A DNA stretch of 61,447 nt, counting the filler. It is 10 parts of 10 records of this genome, joined end to end, with 100 filler letters (N's around TTAATTAATTAA, not from the genome) between each part and the next. Parts side by side here need not be neighbours in the genome. Positions count along the whole stretch, not along the records: positions 6,021 to 11,334 come from SRR31156797_70929; positions 11,435 to 16,706 come from SRR31156797_70971; positions 16,807 to 22,426 come from SRR31156797_71129; 7 more parts are not named here. The stretch is one strand, 5' to 3'. The first letter of the stretch is position 1, and each line of letters begins with the position of its first letter. The notes beneath the pieces are model-generated. The model was not told the DNA's origin and searched no databases. It saw only the letters and a program-made list of their open reading frames with translations. Shown here one piece after another: positions 11,029 to 21,490 of this stretch. The position numbers and the translations under genes are program-made.

Positions 11029-11334
11029 ATGGCTGAAGATAAAGCCAAACAGCCGAAGGCTGCCCCGAAAGGGAATAAGGACACCGGCGATTTTGATGCT
11101 GTAATCGGTGTTGCTTCCAAAGGGGATACAGGTCAGTTTCTGCATCCGACCACCGAAAGGGTTCAGCCTTTAAAAGGATTTGATCCCGACTACATCGACA
11201 TCGTCGACTACATCCTGCGCTGTACCCACAAGATTTGGGAAGAGGGCGGGATAGGGCATATCTACACCCACTATAAAAACACCATCGCCATCCAGACCGC
11301 CGACGGTTGGGGCTACGGCCGGGATAACGTTATC
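11029..11334 (+). CDS. SnoaL/ester-cyclase (NTF2-like) protein, 3'-truncated by the contig end
   Basis: GFDPDYIDIVDYILRCTHKIWEEGGIGHIYTHY motif; AAGGAG RBS before ATG 11029. Confidence 0.65.
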
Positions 11335-11434
11335 NNNNNNNNNNNNNNNNNNNNNNNNNNNNNNNNNNNNNNNNNNNNTTAATTAATTAANNNNNNNNNN
11401 NNNNNNNNNNNNNNNNNNNNNNNNNNNNNNNNNN
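11335..11434. other. Artificial contig linker 2
   Basis: N-run + TTAATTAATTAA + N-run. Confidence 0.99.
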
Positions 11435-12411
11435 GTATTGGTACGCATCCAGGCATCGAAGGCCGGTTCGGCAATGCGAAGGGCTTCGATTTCCGATACC
11501 GCGTCCGGTGTCTCGTCATAGGCCGGCGGCGCGAAATAGGCCTCGATGCGGGCAATCTCGCCTTCCGGAAGGTGCAGGGCGCTGTCCTTGATATGGGTCC
11601 ATTCGTCTTCGACCAACTTGGTAAATTCCTCGGCCCCCACTTCATGGACGAGGATCTTGATGCGGGCCTTGTAGATGTTGTCGCGCCGGCCGAACTGGTT
11701 ATAGACCCGCATGACGGCTTCCAGATACGACAGCAAATGCCGTTCGGGCAGGAAGTCTTTGATCGTCTTGCCGATCATCGGGGTGCGGCCCTGACCGCCA
11801 CCGACGATGACCTCAAAGCCGACCTCTCCGGCCTCGTTGCGCTTGATGATCAGGCCGATGTCGTGAACCTTGACGGCGGCCCGGTCGTGCGGCCCGCCGG
11901 CAACCGCGATCTTGAATTTGCGCGGCAGGAACGAGAATTCCGGGTGCAGGGTCGACCATTGCCGGACGATTTCCGAATAGATGCGCGGATCGGCGATTTC
12001 ATCGGCGGATACACCGGCGTACTGGTCGGCGGTGACGTTGCGGATGCAGTTGCCGCTGGTCTGGATGGCATGCATCTCGACGGAGGCCAGGTCCTCCAGA
12101 AGATTGGGCACGTCCTTCAGTTCCGGCCAGTTGTACTGGATGTTCTGACGGGTCGTGAAATGACCGTATCCCTTATCGTACTTGCGGGCGATATGGGCCA
12201 GCATGCGCATCTGGGCGGCGGAAAAGGTGCCGTAAGGAATGGCGACGCGCAGCATGTAGGCGTGCAGTTGCAGATAAAGCCCGTTCATCAGGCGCAAGGG
12301 CTTGAACTCGTCCTCGCTCAAGTCGCCGGAAAGCCGCCGGGCCACCTGTTCGCGAAACTGCCCGACCCGTTCGGCAACCAGGCGATGGTCGAATTCGTCA
12401 TAGCGGTACAT
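11435..12411 (-). CDS. cysI: Nitrite/sulfite reductase hemoprotein, 3'-truncated
   Basis: MYRYDEFD start, LRLMNGLYLQLHAYMLRVAIPYG, HFTTRQNIQ, TSGNCIRN, LPRKFKIA; lies downstream of cysG and DUF2849. Confidence 0.9.
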
Positions 12412-12414
12412 GGT

Positions 12415-12714
12415 TCAATTCCTCTTCGATGCGTGCGCGCCGGGATCTTTCCAGATCGTCGGCCCGGTGGCGCGAATGCTCTCGCGATAGCGAAGCGGCC
12501 TGATTCCGGCGCCGATGCGCTCGACGTCGATCAGATACGGATCAACGACATCCTGCCGCGCCGCCGCCTGCTCGGCGTCGGCCAGCAGGGCCCGGCCTTC
12601 CTCTTCGGTATCGCCGATGCGGCTTTCGGCGATGCGATCGGTCCAGCCGCCGTCGGATTTGAGATAGACGACCCGCCCGCTGACAAGGTCGTTTCCGGTA
12701 ACGATTTGCGTCAT
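12415..12714 (-). CDS. DUF2849-family protein
   Basis: MTQIVTGNDLVSGRVVYL...VVDPYLIDV...YRESIRATGPT; usual position between cysG and cysI in Alphaproteobacteria. Confidence 0.85.
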   Translation of the reverse strand: MTQIVTGNDLVSGRVVYLKSDGGWTDRIAESRIGDTEEEGRALLADAEQAAARQDVVDPYLIDVERIGAGIRPLRYRESIRATGPTIWKDPGAHASKRN

Positions 12715-12728
12715 GTCGATGAATTCCT

Positions 12729-14129
12729 TCAAACCGCCAGGGCGGCCGGAACTTCCGGCGCCAGGGAACGTTCGATCGCCGTCACCTCGCCGACGATGAT
12801 GATTGCGGGGCCGGTGATGGCGGCTTGTGCAATCAGGCCGGCAAGCCCGGCCAAATCGCCGTACACGGTTTTCTGATTGGACCGGGTTCCGTTCTCGACG
12901 ACGGCGACCGGAGTGCTCGGCGCCAGGCCGTTGTCGATCAGATTGCCGGCGATGTCGGCCGCCGTCGAAACCCCCATGTAGATAACCAGGGTGTGGGCGG
13001 ACGCCGCCAGGGCGCCCCAATCCGGGGCGGTGCTGCCGGCCTGTCCGTGACCGGTGACGAAAGTGACGGCCGAGGTGATATCGCGGTGCGTCAACGGAAT
13101 GCCGGTGGCGCTGGCGCAGCCCGTGGCGGCCGTGATGCCGGGAACGATTTCGGCGTCAATACCGTGGTCCCGAAGGAACAAAAGCTCCTCGCCGCCGCGC
13201 CCGAAGACGAAGGGATCGCCGCCTTTGAGGCGGACCACCCGGCGCCCGGCGCGGGCATGTTCGACCATCAGGGCGTTGATTTGATCCTGCGGCACGCTAT
13301 GCCGGCCCTTGCCCTTGCCGACGGCGATGCGCTCGGCATCGCGGCGGGCATAATCGACGATATCGGCTCCGACCAGGCGGTCGTACAAAACGACGTCGGC
13401 GTTTTGCAAAACCCGCAAAGCCCGGAACGTCAGCAGATCCGGATCGCCCGGACCGGCGCCGACGATATGGACCATGCCGATATCGGTTTCTTCGCGGTTC
13501 GGCCGGTTGATCGCGCCCATCATGCGTTCGCGGGCGGATCTTTCGTCGCCGCGCAGGACAAGCTCGGCGATGGGTCCGCGGAAGAACCGTTCCCAAAACC
13601 GCCGCCGCCCGCCTTCGTCGGTGATCGTCGCCCTGACGGCATCGCGGAATTTCGCCGCGAAGGAGGCCAGATCGCCCAGCTTGGCCGGAAGCAGGGCCTC
13701 GATGCGGGCCCGAAGGTCGCGCGCCAGGACCGGCGCCGTGCCGCCGGTCGAAATGCCGACAACGATTTGATCGCGATCGATGATCGACGGCGTGATGAAG
13801 GTGCAAAGGTCCGGCCGGTCGACGGCGTTGACGTGAATCCCGGCAGCCCGCGCCGCCGCCGATACGGCCGCATCGACGTCCGACAAACCGGTCGCGGCGT
13901 AAACGATGGTTCGGCCGTGAACGTCGGTTTTTCGGAAACGCCTTTTAGTCCATTCGATGTCGCCGGCTTCCGACTGGACGCGGATCTCGGACGCCGCACT
14001 CGGGGCAATCGCGGTGACGCCGGCACCCGCTTTTCTAAGCAGCCGGATCTTGCGAACAGCGGCTTCGCCGGCGCCGACGACCAGAACGTCGCAGTCTTTC
14101 ACATCCATGAATACGGGTAGGTAGTCCAT
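12729..14129 (-). CDS. cysG: Siroheme synthase
   Basis: MDYLPVF, VLVVGAG, NAVDRPDLCTFITP, VGAGPGDPDLLT, RLKGGDPFVFGRGGEE, VPGITAA. Confidence 0.96.
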   Translation of the reverse strand: MDYLPVFMDVKDCDVLVVGAGEAAVRKIRLLRKAGAGVTAIAPSAASEIRVQSEAGDIEWTKRRFRKTDVHGRTIVYAATGLSDVDAAVSAAARAAGIHVNAVDRPDLCTFITPSIIDRDQIVVGISTGGTAPVLARDLRARIEALLPAKLGDLASFAAKFRDAVRATITDEGGRRRFWERFFRGPIAELVLRGDERSARERMMGAINRPNREETDIGMVHIVGAGPGDPDLLTFRALRVLQNADVVLYDRLVGADIVDYARRDAERIAVGKGKGRHSVPQDQINALMVEHARAGRRVVRLKGGDPFVFGRGGEELLFLRDHGIDAEIVPGITAATGCASATGIPLTHRDITSAVTFVTGHGQAGSTAPDWGALAASAHTLVIYMGVSTAADIAGNLIDNGLAPSTPVAVVENGTRSNQKTVYGDLAGLAGLIAQAAITGPAIIIVGEVTAIERSLAPEVPAALAV

Positions 14130-14451
14130 TCGCTTGATTCCAGTTTTTGATCGCGGGGCCGAAGGCCGGCCGCAAACCGTCGTAATGTTTCACCTATTTT
14201 TATGGATCTATTTTTTTAATTATTCAAGTTTTTTGTTATTTAAAATTATTTTACAATTTTTTATGTTTAATTGAGCATCCATCGTCGACGCGGCGGCGTA
14301 TCCCCGGCCGCCGGACCGGGGCCGGGACGGGTTCGACCGAAACCGGCCGCATCCGGGAACGATTTCAGACAGGGCTTGAATGATCGAACCCGGACGCCCT
14401 ATTACCGGGAGACCGGAAAATAAAACGATCATTCAACGGGGAGAAGTTCGA

Positions 14452-15486
14452 ATGCGCGCCCTTTTCATACACGGCGAAAAAGACCTGCGGCTGGGCGAAA
14501 TGCCGGAACCGGAACCGAAAGACGACGAGTATCGGCTCAAGGTCGCCTCGGTCCTGGTCTGCGGCAGCGACCTTCACTATTACATGGAGGGCAAGCTCGG
14601 CACCCGCCTGATCGAAAAACCGCAGGTTCCGGGTCATGAATATTCGGCCTGGGTTTGGGACGACAAGGCCTCCGAAATCGGCCTGAAAAAGGGCCAGTTG
14701 GTGGCGGTCGAACCGTCGCGGTTCTGCGGCCATTGCGAATACTGCCACCGGGGCATCTACAATCTTTGCCAGAACATCCGTTTTCACGGCTCGCCGCCGA
14801 ACTCGGGTGCCCTGACCGAATATGTAACCGCCCCGCGCGAAGCCATCATTCCCTTGCCCGACGGCTTTTCACCGGAAGACGGGGCGTTTCTCGAACCTGT
14901 CGGGATCGGCATCCACGCCTTGAAAAAGGCGAACCTGCAGCTCGCCGATTCCGTCGCCATTCTCGGCTGCGGGCCGATCGGGCTGATTCTGCTGCAATTG
15001 GTGCGGGCGCATGGGGCGGGAACGATCTATTGCGCCGATCCGATCGAATACCGGGCCAAAAAGGCGCTTCAATTGGGCGCCGACCGATCGGGCAGCAGCT
15101 TTGAACAGATCGTCGACTGGACGGACGGCAAGGGCGTCGATTTGGTTCTCGAGGCGACGACGTCGCCCAACGCATTCGCCGAATCGGTTGCCTGCGTGCG
15201 GCCGGCCGGGCGCATCGTCCTGATCGGCATCCCAACCGGCGTCAACTACAACGCCATGGATGCCATGCCGTTCCGCTCGAAGGAACCGACGGTGAAGATC
15301 TGCAACCGCATGGGCGAGGTCTATCCGGAAGCCATCGAGGTGGTGAAACGCGGCCATGTCGACGTCGGCGCCATCGTCACCCACAGGGGTCCGCTGGAGG
15401 ACGGTGTCGAGATTTTCGACCGTCAGGGATCGCACCGGGACGGCGTTCTGAAAAGCGCCATTTACCCGGGCGGACTTCCCGCCTGA
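14452..15486 (+). CDS. Zn-dependent (MDR) dehydrogenase, sorbitol/threonine dehydrogenase-like
   Basis: CGSD, GHE, structural Zn CGHCEYC...C, GCGPIG; start at MRALF after GGGGAG. Confidence 0.9.
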   Translation: MRALFIHGEKDLRLGEMPEPEPKDDEYRLKVASVLVCGSDLHYYMEGKLGTRLIEKPQVPGHEYSAWVWDDKASEIGLKKGQLVAVEPSRFCGHCEYCHRGIYNLCQNIRFHGSPPNSGALTEYVTAPREAIIPLPDGFSPEDGAFLEPVGIGIHALKKANLQLADSVAILGCGPIGLILLQLVRAHGAGTIYCADPIEYRAKKALQLGADRSGSSFEQIVDWTDGKGVDLVLEATTSPNAFAESVACVRPAGRIVLIGIPTGVNYNAMDAMPFRSKEPTVKICNRMGEVYPEAIEVVKRGHVDVGAIVTHRGPLEDGVEIFDRQGSHRDGVLKSAIYPGGLPA

Positions 15487-15518
15487 CCCGCATATCGGAA
15501 GGCTTTTTCAAAGACAAC

Positions 15519-15548
15519 GGGACCGGAAATTCTCCGGTCCCTTTTTTT
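15519..15548 (+). terminator. Rho-independent terminator
   Basis: GGGACCGGA-AATTC-TCCGGTCCC followed by a T run. Confidence 0.8.
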
Positions 15549-15704
15549 ACGGGAATTTTTTGCAACAAAGCTGATTTCCGCTTTCGTTGGGTCCCGTCAA
15601 TCGGAACCAAGAATTTCAAAATGGAGGGTTCGGGATTTGCCCGTCGCTGTGCTAGGCTGCGCGGGTTCTCTCGGAATCACCACCATAAAGGGGAGGGTTA
15701 ACCC

Positions 15705-16706
15705 TTGAAATTCTTGTCTCTCAAAAGCCTCGCTGTTGTCGCTGCTGTGGCCGTCTCGGTCCCGCTTGCCGCAATGGCCCAGGATCTCAAATTCTTCACC
15801 ATTGGCACCGGCGGCACCGCCTACACCTACTATCCGGTCGGCGGCATGATCGCCAACGCCATTTCGAAACCCCCGGGTTCCCGCGAATGCGGCGAGGGCG
15901 GAAGCTGTGGCGTCGACGGCCTGATCGCCTCGGCGGTTTCCTCGCGCGGATCACTAGACAATGTGAACGCAATTGGCTCAGGGATTCGCAACTCCGGTTT
16001 TGTTCAGTCAGATGTCGCCTATTGGGCCTACACCGGGACCGGCGTGCAAGAAGGCAAGAAGCCGATGGAAAACTTGCGCGCGATTACGGCCCTTTTCGCT
16101 GAACATATTCATCTGATTACCCTCAAAGATTCGCCGATCAATTCGGTTGGCGACCTCAAGGGCAAGCGCGTATCGATTGATGAACCCGGCTCCGGCGTTT
16201 ACATCGATTCCAAACTGGTTCTTGAATCCTATGGCTTGGCGGAAACCGACATTACCGCCGAACACTTGAAAGGCAACGCGGCCGCCGACGCGCTTCGCAA
16301 TGGCAAGATCGACGCCTATTTCGTCGTCACCGGTTATCCTTCGGGCTCCATCGTCGAGTTGGCTTCGAGTGTGCCGGTCAAGATGATTCCGATCGATGGC
16401 GCAGGCGCACAGAAGCTGATGAAGAAGTACGGTTTCTTCGCCGAAGGCGTTATCCCCGCAGGAGCCTATGAGGGCGTGGATGAAGTCAAGACCGTATTCG
16501 TCGGTGCGCAGTGGATTACCTCGGCAAAGGAAAGCGAAGAGCTGATCTACGGCATCACCAAGGCGATGTGGAACAAAGAATCCCGCAAGCTTTTCGACGG
16601 CGGTCACGCCAAAGGCAAGATGATCACCGTTGAAACCGCCTTGGACGGCGTCGGCATCCCACTGCATCCGGGCGCCGAGAAGTACTACAAAGAAGCCGGT
16701 ATTCTG
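15705..16706 (+). CDS. TAXI-family TRAP solute-binding protein (stop lost at the contig end)
   Basis: IGTGGTAYTYYPVG, SRGSLDN, QSDVAY, DLKGKRVS, IPLHPGAEKYYKE. Confidence 0.92.
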
Positions 16707-16806
16707 NNNNNNNNNNNNNNNNNNNNNNNNNNNNNNNNNNNNNNNNNNNNTTAATTAATTAANNNNNNNNNNNNNNNNNNNNNNNNNNNNNNNNNNNNNN
16801 NNNNNN
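16707..16806. other. Artificial contig linker 3
   Basis: N-run + TTAATTAATTAA + N-run. Confidence 0.99.
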
Positions 16807-17017
16807 CCAGCACCTCCTGGGTGGCGGACCGGTTGAGCTGGCCCTCGGCCACAAGGGTTTTGACATCCCGTCCAATCACATCCCGGGCCCGGATTCCGTT
16901 GAGCCGTTCGGCAGCGGCGTTCATCTTTAGAATCCGGCCCTGCCGGTCGCAGATCAGCAGGCCGTCGGCGGACCGGCGGAAAATGGCATCCAGATAGCGG
17001 CAGGTTTCAGGATCCAT
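16807..17017 (-). CDS. PAS-domain protein, probably the N-terminus of a sigma-54 enhancer-binding protein (truncated)
   Basis: MDPETCRYLDAIFRRSADGLLICDRQGRILKMNAAAERLNG...VIGRDV; the start overlaps the amidohydrolase stop. The AAA+ domain is not visible. Confidence 0.7.
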
Positions 17018-18614
17018 AGACAATTTCCCCGTTGAACAGGGTGCAGGTGACCCGGGTCCGGGCCAGGGTGTCGGGATCAATGGTGAAAATATCCCGGTCC
17101 GTGACCACTATATCCGCCAGTTTGCCCGGCGTCAGGGAACCCAGGATGTGGCCGCAGCCCGATACCCGGGCCGGGGTGAGGGTATAGGCCCTTACCGCTT
17201 CTTCCACACTCAGCCGGTGCTGGGGATACCAGCCGCCTTCGGGCGTCTGGTCCATTCGTTTGCGGGTCACGGCGGAGTAGATCCCGGCAAAGGGATTGGG
17301 ATCGGCCACCGGGGCATCCGAGCTGAGCATGAGTGGCAGGCCTGTTTGAGCAATGGATTTCAGGGCATAGGCATGTTTTCCCCTCTGGCCGGCACATTGG
17401 TCGATCATGGAAATATCCAGGCTCAGGTTGTTGGGCTGGCAGGAAGCGGCCAGGTGGTTGAGGCGGGACATATGCTCCAGATCCCCGGGCAGGATCATCT
17501 GGATGTGTTCCAGCCTGTGGGGCAGGGCACACCGGCTTCGTCCCAGCGCCTCCACCCGTGAAAATATGGAAATCATTTCTTGGCAGGCCTTGTCCCCTAT
17601 GGCATGGACCATACAGCAAAGGCCTGCCCGGTCCGCCATGGTGACCCCCCTTTCAATCTCTTCCACAGGGGTCAGGGGCATTCCGTATCCTCCATCCAGA
17701 TAGGGCCGGGTCATCCACCCGGTCCTGGCCCCCATGCCGCCGTCGGCAAAAAACTTGACCCAGCCGATTCTGAGCATCTCATCCCCGAACCCGGTGGTCA
17801 GGCCCAGGTCGCAGGCCTGGTCAATCCGTTCCCCGGGCAGGGAGACATGGCAGCGGAGTTTGAGCCGTCCCTCCCTGTGAAACTGCTGCCAGACGGCCAG
17901 GCTCTGGGCCCCGTCTTCCCCGCCCATGAGCCGGATATCATGGATGGCGGTCAGTCCCAGTTGATGAACCCTTGCCGTGGCCTTTTCCATATTGTCCATG
18001 AGCCGGGCCCGGCTCAGTTCCGGCACCCTGGCCGTGATCAGGTTGGGGGCCAGCTCCTTGAGAACCCCTGTGGGGACCCCGTTTTCATCCCGGTCGATAA
18101 TCGCACCCCCGGGAGGGTTAAATTTTGGGTCAATGCCCGCCAGCTCAAGGGCCAGTGAATTGGCCACGGCCAGGTGGCAGTCGCACCGCCAGATGCAGAC
18201 GGGGTGGCCGGGGGCGGCCCGGTCTAGGTCATGGCGGTCGGGAATTTTATTTTCCGGCCATTCGGATTCGTTAAACCCCTGGCCGAGTATCCAGCTGCCC
18301 GCATCCAGTGAGGCGGCCCGTTGTTTGACCATGGCCGTCATCCGGGAAAAGGAATCTGCCTTTGCCAGCTCCAGGCTGTTGAGGTTTTTGGCCCAGTCAA
18401 AAAAATGGAAATGGGTATCCCAGAGGCCGGGCAGCACCAGCCTCTTGTCAAGGTCGATGACCCGGGTCGCCGGGCCGGCCGTGGAGAGAATTTCGTCGTC
18501 GCAGCCCAGGGCCGTGATGTACTTGCCGGAAACCGCCAATGCGGTGGGATCGGGGAAGCCGGGATCAAGGGTGTGCAGCAATCCGTTGTGAAGAATAATA
18601 TCAGGGGCCGTCAT
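17007..18614 (-). CDS. Amidohydrolase family 3 (YtcJ-like) metal-dependent hydrolase
   Basis: LPGLWDTHFH, KFFADGGMGARTG, HAIGDKA, HRLEHIQ, SSDAPV, GSLTPGKLADIVV. Confidence 0.9.
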   Translation of the reverse strand: MTAPDIILHNGLLHTLDPGFPDPTALAVSGKYITALGCDDEILSTAGPATRVIDLDKRLVLPGLWDTHFHFFDWAKNLNSLELAKADSFSRMTAMVKQRAASLDAGSWILGQGFNESEWPENKIPDRHDLDRAAPGHPVCIWRCDCHLAVANSLALELAGIDPKFNPPGGAIIDRDENGVPTGVLKELAPNLITARVPELSRARLMDNMEKATARVHQLGLTAIHDIRLMGGEDGAQSLAVWQQFHREGRLKLRCHVSLPGERIDQACDLGLTTGFGDEMLRIGWVKFFADGGMGARTGWMTRPYLDGGYGMPLTPVEEIERGVTMADRAGLCCMVHAIGDKACQEMISIFSRVEALGRSRCALPHRLEHIQMILPGDLEHMSRLNHLAASCQPNNLSLDISMIDQCAGQRGKHAYALKSIAQTGLPLMLSSDAPVADPNPFAGIYSAVTRKRMDQTPEGGWYPQHRLSVEEAVRAYTLTPARVSGCGHILGSLTPGKLADIVVTDRDIFTIDPDTLARTRVTCTLFNGEIVYGS

Positions 18615-19651
18615 ATCAAGTATCCTTTTTCAAAGGGATCAGCCGGATCCAGACTGAAATAATGGAGCCCGGTGATCCAGGCCCTTCCCCGGATCCGGGT
18701 CACATAGGCATCAGCATTGCCGATTTTTGTCTCTTCCACCAGTTCGGCCTCAAATACCGTATCAAGGGGGCTGAAATTCCGATAGGGCTGGTGCAGCTGT
18801 ATTTTTCCGTAATAATGGAGCAATGCCAGTTTCGCAGCCGTGCCCGTGCCGCAGGGAGACCGGTCCATATGGGATTCACCGTAAACCACCAATCCCCGTC
18901 CCCAGGGACCCTTATCATCATGGGAAGAGGTGTAGAATTCGGTTACATCCACGGTGTTGACCCCGGGTCTCAGGGGATGGACCACCTCAAGCTGGTCATT
19001 GGCCGCATCAATTATTTTCATTCCCAGGTCCACCAATTGTTTTCCATTGTCCATGGTCGGGACAATGCCTAAGCGATCGGCGTTCACCATGGCGAAATAC
19101 CCGCCGGTACAGACCAGGTCAACACAGACCCTGCCGAATCCGGCCACCTCTATTTGTTGATCCACGGCCTGGACAAATGAGGGGACCATATGGACGGCAA
19201 CGGATACCACCTCTTCCCCAAGGACCCTGGCCCGGGCCGCCATCACACCCGACGGGGTGTCGATGAGAATTCGGTTCTCTCCCTGGGATAAGGCGATACC
19301 CCCTGTTTTGGCAAGGGTGACCACCGCGCCGATGGTGGCATGGCCGCAGAGATAGGGATACCGCCTGGCATCCATATAGATCAGGCCAAAGGCCGTGTCC
19401 TCACTGACCCCCGGGGTCACCAGGGCGGCCAGAACATTGCGGGATCCCCTGGGTTCTTTGGTCACAAGGCAGCGGATATGATCATAGCGGGCCTTAAAAA
19501 AATCAAGCTTCTCCTGCATTGTCCTGCCGGGTATCTCTGGGACACCGTCCACGATCAACCGGGTGATTTCGCCTTCGGTATGGGAGTCAATGGTGGTGAT
19601 AAGCGGCTGGTTTTCCGGAAACAAAGACGGAACATACTTGACAGACGGCAT
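18611..19651 (-). CDS. Proline racemase / hydroxyproline epimerase family protein
   Basis: DSHTEGE, EPRG, LCGHATIG and DRSPCGTGT (both catalytic Cys present). Confidence 0.9.
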   Translation of the reverse strand: MPSVKYVPSLFPENQPLITTIDSHTEGEITRLIVDGVPEIPGRTMQEKLDFFKARYDHIRCLVTKEPRGSRNVLAALVTPGVSEDTAFGLIYMDARRYPYLCGHATIGAVVTLAKTGGIALSQGENRILIDTPSGVMAARARVLGEEVVSVAVHMVPSFVQAVDQQIEVAGFGRVCVDLVCTGGYFAMVNADRLGIVPTMDNGKQLVDLGMKIIDAANDQLEVVHPLRPGVNTVDVTEFYTSSHDDKGPWGRGLVVYGESHMDRSPCGTGTAAKLALLHYYGKIQLHQPYRNFSPLDTVFEAELVEETKIGNADAYVTRIRGRAWITGLHYFSLDPADPFEKGYLI

Positions 19652-19861
19652 ATCAGAATCCTCGGATTAGGGGTGATCACGTTGTTTTGAGTGTTAACAC
19701 CATCCGAGTGCCGGATCAAGGTTTTTTAAAAAAGCCCGGCATTGGAAGGGTTTCACCGAATATTGAGTTTTGAGACCACTGCGTTTTTTTTCCGGAGGCT
19801 TGTGTTGTCTGAGGCGGGATATTCGAGGAAGGGAGAAGGTTTGCCCCATAAAGGAGGCTGC

Positions 19862-19907
19862 AAAAAAAGGGGTGAGACCGGAAAGGTGTTCCGGCCTCGC
19901 CCCCTTT
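19862..19907 (-). terminator. Rho-independent terminator downstream of BCCT
   Basis: GGGGTGAGACCGGAA..TTCCGGCCTCGCCCC hairpin, with an A7 run on the plus strand that reads as a U tail on the minus strand. Confidence 0.65.
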
Positions 19908-19925
19908 AACTTGCTTTTGACGGGG

Positions 19926-21470
19926 TTATTTTTGGTTTAAATCTTTGCCAAACCCTTTAACAATGGAGAACATCATGGCAATCATCACCACGGTAAACGG
20001 AAGGGCACAGACAATGGATGCCGTCTGAAGCGCCTTGAGTCCGTCTGTCTGCAGCAGGATAATGGCCAGGGTGCCCAGGACAAATCCCCAGACGATTTTC
20101 ATTCCGGCCTTGGGTTCCAGTTCACCTTTGGACATGAGCATGGCAACCAGAAAAGAGGCGGAATCGGCAGAGGTGATCAAAAAGATGATCAGACTGATGA
20201 AAATCACGATGGAGGCGAAAAAGCCCATGGGATAGGCGGACAACAGGGTAAAGATACCGGATCCCATGTCGGCCTGGATAGCTTTCCACAATTGGACTGT
20301 ACCGGCCCTTTCAGCAAGGATGGCGGCACCGCCGAAAATATCAAAGCAGACAAACATGACCACCGAAGGGATCAATACCACCCAGAGGATGAATTCCCTG
20401 ACCGTCCGGCCTTTGGAAATACGGGCAATAAAACCGCCGACAAAGGGAACCCAGGCAATCCAGAATGCCCAGTAGAAGACCGTCCACCATCCCAGCCATT
20501 TGCCTTCAAAGGCCTGGTTCATGGAATCGGTCCAAAAGGTCATGGTGACAAAATTGGACAGGTAGTGACCCAGGGAATCGGGAAAGAGGTTCAGCAGCTG
20601 AAGGGTGGGGCCGGCAAAAAAGATAAAGGCGATAACCGCCAGGGCCAGCCAGAGGTTGATCAGACTCATGTATTTTAGTCCCCGTTTCAGACCGGAAACC
20701 GAAGAGGCGATATAGGCGATCATGAAAAGAACGAGTACGAAAACGGTAATCCCCGGGGTCATTTCCAGCCCGGTAATGTGGGTCACGCCGAATTTGATGG
20801 AAAGGATGCCCAGGCCCAGGGCCGTACTGATGCCTGCGATGGTGGCAAAAGCGGTGACGAGGTTGGTGATTTTACTCCAGATGCTGGTTTCGGTTTTATC
20901 GCCCAGCAGTCCGTAAAGGGAGGTGGCAATGGTCATGGGCTGATCATGTCTGAAGGAAAAATAGGCAATGCCCAGGCCGCCGACGGCATAGAGGGACCAG
21001 GGATGAAATCCCCAGTGGAGATAGGAAATCTGAAGGGCGACGGGTACGGCTTCTGCCGTGCCCGGCTCAGCGCCGTAGGGGGTCTGCATATAATGGTAAA
21101 GGGGTTCTGCAATGCCCCAGAAAATAAAGCCCAGGCCGATGCCGGCTGAAAATAGCATGGCCAGCCAGGCTATGGTTGAGAACTCAGGCTTGTCCTCATC
21201 CTTGCCCAGTTTCATCTGTGCATAGGGGCCCACAGCCATCCAGAAGGAAAAGATCAGGCAGGCAGCGGTGAACAACATATAATACCAGGTGAAATTGGTG
21301 GTAATGAACGACTGCATGGACTTGAGCACCGATGCCAGTTTTTCCGGTGTTGCAACGCCTAAGCCCACAACAATACCGAAGATCACCAGGGTGATCCAGA
21401 ACAGCTGGTGGTCTGTTTTTCCTAGAAATTTTTCCATAATTCCCGTTTGACTACTCGTTTGTGATGCCAT
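19926..21470 (-). CDS. BCCT-family (betaine/choline/carnitine) transporter
   Basis: WLAMLFSAGIG, HWGFHPW, WTVFYWAFWIAWVPFVGGFIARISKGRTVREF, TSADSA. Confidence 0.95.
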   Translation of the reverse strand: MASQTSSQTGIMEKFLGKTDHQLFWITLVIFGIVVGLGVATPEKLASVLKSMQSFITTNFTWYYMLFTAACLIFSFWMAVGPYAQMKLGKDEDKPEFSTIAWLAMLFSAGIGLGFIFWGIAEPLYHYMQTPYGAEPGTAEAVPVALQISYLHWGFHPWSLYAVGGLGIAYFSFRHDQPMTIATSLYGLLGDKTETSIWSKITNLVTAFATIAGISTALGLGILSIKFGVTHITGLEMTPGITVFVLVLFMIAYIASSVSGLKRGLKYMSLINLWLALAVIAFIFFAGPTLQLLNLFPDSLGHYLSNFVTMTFWTDSMNQAFEGKWLGWWTVFYWAFWIAWVPFVGGFIARISKGRTVREFILWVVLIPSVVMFVCFDIFGGAAILAERAGTVQLWKAIQADMGSGIFTLLSAYPMGFFASIVIFISLIIFLITSADSASFLVAMLMSKGELEPKAGMKIVWGFVLGTLAIILLQTDGLKALQTASIVCALPFTVVMIAMMFSIVKGFGKDLNQK

Positions 21471-21490
21471 TTTGATTTTTTCCCTTTTGG

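Noticed and set aside
11572-14120. Long plus-strand ORFs of 434 and 431 aa
   Set aside because: Antisense shadows of cysI and cysG in high-GC DNA with no recognisable motifs. The same applies to 21494-22474, 50654-51892 and similar ORFs.
14185-14275. Sharp AT-rich island in GC-rich DNA
   Set aside because: Best explained as an ordinary divergent promoter region for cysG and the dehydrogenase; no specific site could be called.
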